Under the pieces are notes generated by a model. That model did no database searches. It saw nothing but the letters and a program-made list of their open reading frames with translations, and was not told the origin of the DNA. This document shows, piece after piece, positions 27,180 to 37,345 of a DNA stretch of 64,000 bases. The DNA lies in contig NC_058368.1 in NCBI RefSeq assembly GCF_018350175.1, forward strand, positions 79,548,001 to 79,612,000, written 5' to 3'. A program made the translations under genes and the position numbers. Positions within the stretch are counted from its first letter, which is position 1; each line of letters begins with the position of its first letter. The DNA comes from Felis catus. Its lineage: Eukaryota.

Positions 27180-29705
27180 TTTCATAAATAACGTATTTTA
27201 TTTTATTGCATATGGCTGTTAAGGAGAGCATCCATGATCAAGACAGACTAAATACAGTGCACTATTCTAATTCCATTTATTGCTGTCTCCAGCAACGTCA
27301 CGTCGACCCTTATATACAGCGTGTACAATGGAAGACAGACCAAGGTTAAGTCTTTTGTCATATCACAATAGCAAGAAATATATTTAACATCTTGATATCC
27401 AGAAACAATACGTACCCAAAAAGAAAACACTGTTTAATAACTGTTAAAGTTTATATAGCAAAAAATATTTTAAATTTAAGGTAAGTCAGGCAAAATGTAC
27501 AAAGACCCAATATACATTGCGAAGTTTTAGCAAACATAACATTTATACATTTTGGTTCCATTCTGTAAACTAAATTAAAAGTGTAAATATTGCATATGCC
27601 TTTTTTTCTTTTTGAAATGTACAGGATGGAGGAAAATTTAGTATATTATCAACTTTTTATTTTGCTTGTTGTAAGCGGCAGTCTGAACGTGAACCATTTG
27701 TATAGAGGCGTGACTACTCTAAGTATAGAGGACTACTTAAATACACATCATACACTGTATCCAGCAGGGTCCAGAGTCAGTCCCACTGTACCCGGGGGGA
27801 GGGGGGGGGTGGAGGGGGGGCGGGTTACATAGCAAATACCACCCATCGATCCCGAGTCCCAAAACGAAATCCAAACTTTGGGGCGTTTTTATACATTTTA
27901 ATAAAGTATCTGTATTATACACTGAAATCGACCTTCAAACTAACATCGTATGGTCTATACACTGTTGTGATGTGTAATTTTAGAAAAGTAAAACTTTAAA
28001 AATGTTCGGGGGGGTCACTTTACATTCAACTTTGTCTTGCAATACAATCCTCTGTTCTAAAAGTTCAGCACGGAAGCAGGAAGACTTTTGCATTGCCATT
28101 AAATATATTTTTAAGACATTGAATTTTTTGGTCTTCCTCTAAAAAAGCCTCATTTTATTAATGCATTATTCTATAGTGATATATATCTATATATTTATAT
28201 ATATTTTTCTCCAAAAAGAAAAAAAAAAAAAAAGCTCACATCTCCAATGAATTAGTGTAGCCTCTCCGGGACCATCCGAGCAGACGGGGAGCACGGACAC
28301 GGATGTGCCCGCGGGAGGAAGGTCTATAGCCCTCTGTCACGTGGGGCAGCAAGACGACGGGACATTCTGCCGGTCAAGGTTAGCAGTTTCGGATGACCCC
28401 TGCAATGATTACCGCAACACCGATCTTTTCAGAACACTGAAAATATAAAATGGGGGTAGTCTCGTCAGGAAGTTTTCTCGACAAGTCACATGTAACGTGA
28501 CGTTCTCTGTCGTCTTTTCTTTCTTCTTCCCTTAACGACACAGGGGCCGGAATACCTCTTTTATCAATTTCTTTCCTTCCCTTTCGTTTTTTAATTTTTT
28601 TTTCTTTTTCTTTTTTTTTTGTATCGTTGCTCAGGGCAGCCTCGTTGGCCGACACGGTAGCGTGGAGTAAAGACAACACATTTTTGTAAAATCTGCCAAG
28701 GCCGCGACCACCCGTGAATCGCTAGCATGCCTACGTGAATTTTTGGTTAAGGAAACGCAGGCTCAAGAGTCAGGGTAGCAGAGACATTTGAGCTTATAAA
28801 TAGGATCAAAGGCTTTTGCAATCTGATGTACCTACATAAACGTCTACGCAGAGAAGATTAAACAAGTCTGTTAAAGGTAAAAAGATATATTCACCCCCTC
28901 CCCAAACCCCTCCCCACCCCCCCGCTACCCAATACAGTTGATGATTTTCAAAAGTAGGTTGCTTCAGTTACATATAATTATTATTATTATTATTTATGAA
29001 TCCATCTTCAAAGTCCAATCCCAAATTGCATTTCCGTTGAGAAGTGTCAGTCCCACGCTGGGCTCTGGCTGAGTAAACACGCAGGTACCTGGACTGGATC
29101 CACGGAGCCGCTGTTTCCTGGGACCAGTTAAATAAGGCTGAAGGCCGCACTCGAGACACTCAGCAGACATCTATGTACAGGAGGTCCTGCCGGCCCCCGG
29201 CCACACAAATCCGGCTTCACCTGGAACTGAGGTAGGACTGTGGTAGTTTTGAGTGCATGCCAGTAAATACCAGATTGCCCCACTTCCATGGGTGTTGGTA
29301 GCATCTCCCAGCATGCTGAGGGATAAATCTGCTTTGCCAAAACGAAAGTGAGAAGAAATTAAGACACCGGCCACAATTTAAAGGGCCAATGGAAACATCC
29401 GATTTTCTTGAGAATACCTTCTTCGGCGAATTTTGTTAAAAAAACAAACGAAACACAGCACGAGCAGCAGAATGACGAATGCCCCCTGTGGGAACCAGGG
29501 GGAGAGGCAGGTGTCCTCGCCTGGGGGGTTCAGAGTCTAATACAGTCGTAGATGTTCCAAAATGTAGTCATTGCTCAGATCCAAAAGAAAATTTGTAAGC
29601 AGCTTCAGATTTTAAAAAAACAAAAACAAAAACAAAACAGTGAGCATCTTCTTTGAAAGTCATTCTCTGATGCGTGACGTCACGGTGATAAAGCCAGACA
29701 GATCC
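27180..29705 (-). other. IRS2: IRS2 3'UTR (~2.5 kb)
   Basis: Follows the stop codon, has no recognisable interspersed repeats, has an AT-rich distal half with many miRNA seed matches, and ends after GCAATAAAATAAAATACGTTATTTATGAAA. The exact cleavage site is approximate. Confidence 0.85.
27197..27207 (-). terminator. Distal polyadenylation signal (two overlapping AATAAA)
   Basis: Plus-strand tttattttatt = AATAAAATAAA on the sense strand; a further AATAAA lies at 27276-27281. Confidence 0.8.
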
Positions 29706-29710
29706 TCACT
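29706..29710 (-). CDS. IRS2: IRS2 coding part of exon 2 (AG completing Glu codon + TGA stop); full protein 1334 aa
   Basis: The minus strand reads GCTGACTCTTTTCCTTTCTTTTCCAG|AGTGAGGATCTGTCTGGCTTTATCACC: branch-like CTGAC, polypyrimidine tract, CAG acceptor. G|AG TGA gives the known IRS2 C-terminus ...ATIVKE*. The downstream sequence resembles the human IRS2 3'UTR start as recalled. Confidence 0.93.
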
Positions 29711-30351
29711 CTGGAAAAGAAAGGAAAAGAGTCAGCGGTGACTGTGGAGGGCACAGTGCAATCTCCAGTTAGAGAAAAGGTCCCTCTCAAGCCGCCTTCA
29801 CCGCCCGTGTCTCTGGCAAACACAACTGCGTTTTCCAAAAACAACTTGGAGGGGGGGGAACCCCCCCACCCCTGCCCCCCCACCAAGTGTCCGAGGAAGG
29901 GGAACAGCCAGGTTAGGGTGACTGTGAGTGTGCTTTCGTGAGGCCCTGGGAGGCGGAGGCAGGGGGGCCCCCTCGCCCTTGCCCTTGGGGAGAGAAAGGG
30001 AGCTGAACTCCGCCTCGGGGGACCCTGGCACAGGATCGCCTGTCCCGGAAACGACCACGCCGCACGAGCTCCTGCAGAGACACCCTGACTGCAAACCCTC
30101 CTGGCCAGGCGGCCGGGTCCAGGTTACGCCATGTGCTCCCAGGAGCCCCGTGGGCGACAGGGTGTTAGGACCCGCCAACAGCTCTAACTGCGCACTCCCT
30201 TCCAGGCCCGAGGATCAAGCTTCTGTAACCTGTTCCCCATTTCTATCGTTTCCAGCATATTCTTACTTAACATGTTCCTCTTTAAGAAAATGACCAACTT
30301 GGGGGACTTTGACATTTCATAGCAAATTGTCTTCTTAAGCTTCTTAGTTGC

Positions 30352-30425
30352 TTTTTTAAGATTATTTATTTTGAGAGAGAGGGAGAGAAAAGGAGAGAGA
30401 GAATGAGCAGGGGAGGGACAGAGAG

Positions 30426-30457
<32 letters not shown>

Positions 30458-30591
30458 TCCCAAGCAGGCTCTAGGCTCTGAGCTGTCAGCACAGAGTCAG
30501 ACACAGGGCTCAAACCCATGAACCGTGAGATCATGACCTGAGCCGAAAGCAGGAGTCAAACACTTAACCCACTGAGTCACCCAGATGCCCC
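30352..30591 (-). mobile_element. Can-SINE (sense to IRS2)
   Basis: Reverse-complement SINE with long (GA)n. Confidence 0.93.
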
Positions 30592-31451
30592 AAGGCTTCT
30601 TGGGTTTTTGATCAAAATGCCAAGTGGCCCTGTGCACCACCCCCAGGGTCATCCACGGGCCCTGCTGGCCATACCCTGCCCTGCGGTTGTACTAACCCAC
30701 TGGCACTTGGAACGCTGCTCTAAAATCATTACAGCCCCTCCCAGACTCTCAGTTTACTTTTGGGGGGCTCTAATTCTTCTCTGTTCACCTTGAGTGCAGA
30801 GGGCTGATCCCAGCAAGAGGAAACTCTCAGCGCACCCTGCGGCCAGAGCGGGCCCTGGAGGCCTGGATCCAGCTCCCAGAGTCTTGTCCTGGGTGCAGCC
30901 AAAAAACAAAGGCCTGGACACACAGGCCACTGTCAACTGCCAACATTCAATGCCCAACGTCCACGTATCTTTTTTCATGACCGTGTTTTTAAACATGCCC
31001 TACATAATGTGATCTTTTGGGGCAGCGCTACCATATTTTACTATTTTCACAAAGCCCTATGGCCTTTAAAAAACAGGTAAACTCTTCCCTAAAGTGGAAA
31101 CAGGGGCCAAACTCTGTCCTGGGGAAAGATGCGCCCTGTAGCTGGCTATTTCGTCCTTGTCCCTGCGAGAGACCGCATGAGAACCCACACCCAGCTGCTT
31201 GAGTCCCTTAAAGAGCGGCTGTTTGCTACAATCCACCCCGGACTTACGTCTCCCCAAATGAGTATGCGTTTTGTCGCCAAGGCCGAGTGCCAGGCAGACC
31301 CCCAGCCACCCCACAGCACATGGCCAAGATGCAGTCGATCTGCTGACTGAACACGGTTTATTTATTTTTTTTACACTAATGATTAGTTAAACGCGGCTGA
31401 ATCCCCTCCTGTTAGCCCTATATCCATTATCTTGAAAATGGCTAAGCCAAT

Positions 31452-31683
31452 GGGGCGCCTGGGTGGCGCAGTCGGTTAAGCATCCGACTTCAGCCAGGTC
31501 ACGATCTCACGGTCCGTGAGTTCGAGCCCCGCGTCAGGCTCTGGGCTGATTGCTCAGAGCCTGGAGCCTGTTTCTGATTCTGTGTCTCCCTCTCTCTCTG
31601 CCCCTCCCCCGTTCATGCTCTGTCTCTCTCTGTCCCAAAAATAAATAAACGTTGAAAAAAAAAAAAGTTAAAAAAAAAAAAAA
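31452..31683 (+). mobile_element. Young felid SINEC_Fc
   Basis: GGTGGCGCAGTC..TTCAGCCAGGTCACGATCTC..CTGGGCTGAT variants, long A tail, 17-bp TSD aaaatggctaagcca(a/g)t. Confidence 0.95.
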
Positions 31684-33090
31684 TGGCTAAGCCAGTAAAT
31701 TCCTCACTTTCCCAGACTTCAGCACAGTCCTAGAAATGTGGGTGACAGTTACTGAGAAATGTACCTTCCACTACGACCAGCAGGCTTGTGGGGCCGCCGC
31801 TGAGCTCACCCCGTGCGTCAGGACGCTTCACCGTCATGAAACAACTCCTACCACGAGATCGCCGTGCACCCGAATCGGGGTGAACAGGTAACTGTCTCTT
31901 TGTGACGTGCAAGTATCAAAACCTCACTTCTATGCTTGAGTGTCGCGGGCAAGTTTGGATACAGGCAGGGCGATCCTGGCTCACGCGTTTGGGCACACAG
32001 CGATTTCTCCGGGGCCGGGGCCTCCCTGAGGCCCCCGGGTGCTGATGGGTGGAGGGGAGCCCCCATGGGCCTCCTGCCTCCCGGGGCAGGGAGAGGAAGC
32101 AGCTTTCGTTCCTGGCGCTGAAGGGTGGCCAGGCCGCGGTCACCGGCAGGGAGAGAGCTGGGGGCATGCCAGGCGGGGTGGGGGTGGCAAGGAACACGAT
32201 TCCCTCGGACACTGAGGCCCTGGGCTGCCCACTGTGATCCCACACGTGGGCTGGGAGAGCCCCTGACGACTGCAGAGGTGACCCCGAGCGCACACACACA
32301 CCGTCACAGCGACAGGTACCTGCTGTTGGCCATGGGAAGGATGCGGGAACTGCAGGAAGAGGAGAGACACCAGCCACCAGCGCAGAGACCGAGGTCGGCA
32401 CGAAGTACACAGAGCTCCGAGCACGTTTACGCACACAGATGTGCACGAGAGCAAACACGTGCACACACACCCCGGTGTGGCCTGAGACTGAGGGCCCCAC
32501 GGCCGAGGACCCCAGGTCCACGCGGCCACCCAGCATCGCTCCAAACACCCACCCCTCGGTTTACCACCTTCGTGCCTGGGTCCCCCACCACCCGCTGTGG
32601 TCCCAGGAGCCGGCGGAGGCCTCGTGCCCAACAAAACAGCTTGGTTTCATCTAGCATCCTTGTTCGGATGCAGGAGAAGGAAGGGAAGCGGAGAGCAGGC
32701 TGGGGACACCCCCAATCAGGTCACAAGGCCCATGGCTTGCTGAGGAAAAGGATACAGACAAAACGGACCAGAGGCAAGTGCCACCAAGAACACACACAGG
32801 AAAAAGGGGATCGGTTTGAGAAATCTAACTGTAAGTTTTAATTTGTTATGGAAAGAAGGCCTGGGCAGAAGCCCTCTGCCTCAACTGAGACCCGAGACAC
32901 CCTCCCAACGTGAGGCTGCTGCCCACAGCTAGCGGGGGCCCCGAACCACGGTATCAGGAGCAGTCAAAGGAACAGGTGGCCACCTGAAGGTCGCCTTGGA
33001 AGGAGGCTGGGGCTTGCAGGGTCCACAGGCAGCAAGCTCCAGACATGGAGCCCAGGCCAGCAGGCCACCTGGAAACCCCCCCCCCACCCA

Positions 33091-33362
33091 CCCTGCTCTC
33101 CCAGCCCCAGAGGAAGGGCTGGAACCCCCTCTTTCTCCACCCTGCTCCCCCAGGCCCAGAGGAAGGGCTGGAACCCCCTCTTTCCGCCCTGCTCCCCTAG
33201 CCCCAGAGAAAGGACTGGAACCCCCTCTCTCTGCCCTGCTTCCCCTAGCCCCAGAGGAAGGGCTGGAACCCACCCCCCCCACCCTGCTCCCCCAGCCCCA
33301 GCCGGAACCCTCCCACCCCCTCCACCCTGCTCCCCCAGCCCCAGCCCTGGAGGAAGGGGAAG
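33091..33362 (+). repeat. Minisatellite, ~47-49-bp unit x ~5.5
   Basis: Unit CCCTGCTCCCC(C/T)AGCCCCAGAGGAAGGGCTGGAACCCCCTCT... repeated, degenerating in the last copies. Confidence 0.9.
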
Positions 33363-33427
33363 CAGGAGCTAGAGCCCGAGAGCCGAGCACACTTGCCTTT
33401 CCGTTTGTTTACTGACTTTTACTCTAT

Positions 33428-33614
33428 GTTAAATGTTTGTTTATTTTGAGAGAGAGTTCAAATGGGAGAAAGGCAGAGAGAGAGAATTCCAAGCAGGCTC
33501 CGTGCTGTCAGTGCAGAGCCGGAAGTGGGACTCGATCCCAGGAACTGTGAGATCACAACCTGAGCAGAAATCGAAGAGTTAGATGCTTAACCAACTGAGC
33601 CCCGCAGGTGCCCC
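33428..33614 (-). mobile_element. Can-SINE (sense to IRS2)
   Basis: Reverse-complement SINE ending CAGGTGCCCC. Confidence 0.9.
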
Positions 33615-34015
33615 CAGACATCCTCGCTTTTAAATATTTATGCTTCCTAATGGTGATTCCAGCAAAATTTCACATACCGTATGATCTGCGTTAATTCTAG
33701 TAGAAGCAAAGTACAAATTATTAATTGTACAATCAATCCACCCTGAACATTTGTGAAAATGGGAGATATTCCTTGAATGCGTCAAGTGTAGCGGCAAAAC
33801 AAAACAAAACACATGAGGACCCACGTGTTGCTTGTGCAGGTGTTACCAACGTACCCGGATGCCGGATTCCGGAGGTAACGCATCTAAAGAGAGCCTAAAC
33901 TTATCGGCCTTCACTGAATTTGTCATATGATCACATGCTGTGCTATTCTGTAGCTTAGACACTACTTTGTAAAGAAACTCACTCACAGCAGCATTGATCT
34001 AAAGTAGTTGATTTA

Positions 34016-34181
34016 GGGGCACCTGAGTGGCTCGGTCGGTTAAGTGTCCGACTTCGGCTCAGGTCATGATCTCACGGTTCGTGAGTTCAAGCCCCGCGTC
34101 GGGCTCGGTGCTGACAGCTCAGAGCCTGGAGCCTGCTTCGGATTCTGTGTCTCCTTCTCTCCCTGCCCTTCCCCCACTTGT

Positions 34182-34218
<37 letters not shown>

Positions 34219-34441
34219 AATAACTAAACATTAAAAAAATACTAGTGAGGGACGTTTGGATGAATCAGTCGGTTAAGTGACCTTTGGCTCAGGTCACGAT
34301 CTCACAGTTTGTGAGTTTGAGCCCCACGTCAGGCTCTGTGCTGACAGCTCGGAGCCTGGAGCCTGCCTGGGATTCTGTGTCTCCCTCTCTCTGCCCCTCC
34401 CCCGCCTAAAAAAATAAATAAACATTAAAAAAATTTTTTTT
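34016..34441 (+). mobile_element. Head-to-tail Can-SINE dimer A (monomers 34016-34239 and 34249-34433)
   Basis: Two SINE monomers joined by TACTAGTGA; a single TSD aagt(a/c)gttgattta at 34002-34015 and 34442-34455 encloses both. Confidence 0.92.
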
Positions 34442-35891
34442 AAGTCGTTGATTTAAGGGAAAAATACTCTCATACTCATTCCATATGACATGCCACACTG
34501 GCCACGTCTTCTCCATCTTGTTTTTGCTCTATCACGCATGACAAATGATGTTCACAGGAAGGACACAGTTCCATGTACTGGTTACCACCACTCCGAGGAT
34601 GCGGGGGTGGGGGGGCCGGCGGCTCCCTGCCTGTTCTCTTCCATTTAAAAGAGCATCGGAATGCAAATGAGCAAAGCACCCTCATTAAAGGCCCCACCTT
34701 CAATTCAATCTGGGCTACTTTAGGGAAAAAAAAAAGGGAAAGACATAGAAAACAAATCACTAAATAGTACATCACTAAACAAGTCGCAGAGCATCTTTGC
34801 CATGGACAGCACAGATGTTGGAACACGGTCCCGTCATGCCACTGGTGAGTTGGGCTCTGTGATTACAAACACATTCGTGGAAAGGACAGCGAGCATCAGG
34901 TCTAGAATGTTTTAGAGACAAATCGGGGAAATCGGCAGCAGGGCAAATAAATTCAAGCAATGTTTTAGATACACATTCTGACCCATTGCTTCCTCGTTCT
35001 GATTTCTCATGAATATGTGGGTTTGGATGTGCTTGGCTTCACGGTCAATATTTGAGTGGCCAGAATTCAGGGCACAACGCTGTCCACAGAGACCCCTGGT
35101 TCTCTCTCTGCAGAAAGCCTTGTGGGGTGCCCCCCAGATTCCATGTGGAGCCCCAGGGAGGGCTGTATGTGGAGACCTGCGTAAGGCCCCACAAGTCTCA
35201 CTCAGGGCTCCATGCAAGTCCCGGGACTTTGCAGACTCTGCGGTGGGCGGGGAGGGGGCGGGGATGGGGGGTGGGGGGGTGGGAAGGATGCTCCCAGCAC
35301 AGCTGCACAGAACAGCCTCCCCCCCTCCACTGGTGACCAGCCCCCCGACCGAAGAAAGCACATCTGTACTTAGCAGGTAAAAACGACGTAACATTTTCAG
35401 GCACATGGGAGTTAGGGGTGCTGCGGGTACCGAGCCGCATGACAAATAAAACAACATGCTTCTCAAATCGAAATTTCTATTTCTAGTGGAAACTACGCTT
35501 AGGAAGAAAGAGACCCGCGGCGAGCCCAGACACGTCACCCTGTGGCCCACTTAAACCTTTGATGTTAAACATAGGATTAGTAGAGAAAATAAACTTTTCA
35601 GTTACGTAAGAAATTCCTAGAAAAATAAACCTGATAATTCAGTATCTCCTTACTTGACTAAAAGCAAAACACTCGTGAATACACCCAAAAAAAAAAAAGT
35701 AATAAAGTAAGGTTAAGTGTGATAACCAACAAGCCAGAGATTCTAAGAAAAACGGTTACTCGAACTTTTCATTTAAATAGGAAAAAAATAAATAAATAAC
35801 TTAAGAGACAGGGAAGAAGTTCCCGGCAGTAAATTACTTTACCGACTCTCCTTGTGAAAGACGTAAAAATGTCTTTTATAGGAGATCCCAC

Positions 35892-36102
35892 TTTCTTTTT
35901 TTTTTTTTTGAGAGAGTGAGCGAGTGGGGAAGGGGTTGAGAGAGAGAGAGGAGAGAGAGGGAAAGGGGGAGAGAGAGAGAATCCCATGCAGGCTCCACAC
36001 TCAGTGCAGGGCCTGACTCAGAGCCCGATCCCACGACCCTGGGATCACGACCTGAGCCGAAATCAAGTCGGACACTCAACTGACTGAGTCACCCAGGCGC
36101 CC
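35892..36102 (-). mobile_element. Can-SINE (sense to IRS2)
   Basis: Reverse-complement SINE; degenerate TSD gagatc..cttt. Confidence 0.92.
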
Positions 36103-37222
36103 TGAGATCACCCTTTCCTCTGACAAGTGAAGTCATTTCATCCTGAGTGCTCGCTGTTGAAGAAATTTCCCAGCACCAAGTTGCAATTTGATGGCAATGA
36201 CGCAGCAGGAGACGGGAGGGGGTGGGGGGAGGGGGCAGGGGGTCAGAGGGAAAAGGTCGAGTCCTGGTATGGGGCTGGGGTGCATAAAAGGTAGCTGTCC
36301 TCCTTCAGCTCCTGTTTAATCCTTCATGAAAGACCTTGTCTTAATCACCGAACATCAGAGCCGTCGGGTGTCCTGGCCTGTGAGCTACTGCACTGAACCT
36401 TCCCTCCACTGAGCCAAGCCTCCCACGGGGGCCTGCGTGAATTCTCGGATGCCTGGCCTCAGCAGACCTCCACCCAACCCTCCAGCCTTCCTTTCTTTTC
36501 TGTGCTTGTTATTAAAAAGCCGGACGCGCCCATCCCACAAGCTATGCTTCTATGGTGAGAGTTTTCCATCATCCCTGTAGCAGCAACGTCCAACAGCATA
36601 GGAGAAATATTACTGATTATTCTTCAGCCCAGACCCCCGAAGGACAAAAGCGCCCCCTGCATTGCTGGGGGACCCTGCTCTTAAGTTATGAAATGTTGGA
36701 CCCTCCCAGGTAGAAACCAGGTGAGGGAGCATCAGTGACAGGTCAGCAGCAAAAGACAGCCCGTCCCCCAGGGCTCTGCACGCACCCCTCCACTAGGGCC
36801 ATCACTGTCCATTTCTACAAGTAACAAGAGAGGGGTGGGGCTGGGAAGGGGGACAGGAGGTCTCTGACTTTCACTTGGGCCCCAGGAGTTTACACTTTAC
36901 TGCCATTAACTCGTTACAAAACTCCCCCGTGACACAAAATACCACACAGGCAATGGCTCACTGCCACATGCACCTGTCTCCCCAGTGAGCTGAGGACTCG
37001 AACCCTGCCCGTCCCCAGCATCTGGCACGATGCTTGTTAGAGCCTTTCTAAAGCTTTGATGAATTAAGTTGAAATAAAAACCCATGTGGTTGATGCCATG
37101 TCTCACAGGCAGAAACGCTTAAAAAAAAAAAAAATCTTCTAAAGGAGGAGGCAACTTTAGAACTGTCTGAGGCCCAAGTGAAAAGAAAACCCTTCTCACC
37201 TCACAACAAAGTGGGTTCTAAG

Positions 37223-37345
37223 CCAGAGGTCAACAAGGTAGGGCCAAATCCGACCTGTTGCCTGTTTCTGTAAATAAAGTTTTATTGGCACCCAGGCTCA
37301 TTCACTCGTATATGACGCTTCTGCATTTCAATAGCAGAGGCCTGT
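37223..37345 (+). mobile_element. MER58-like hAT fragment
   Basis: GGGCCAAATCCGACCTGTTGCCTGTTTCTGTAAATAAAGTTTTATTGG is the MER58A hallmark. Confidence 0.75.

Noticed and set aside
33091..33362. CRISPR-like array
   Set aside because: Eukaryotic context; units are contiguous tandem copies without unique spacers, and there are no cas genes.
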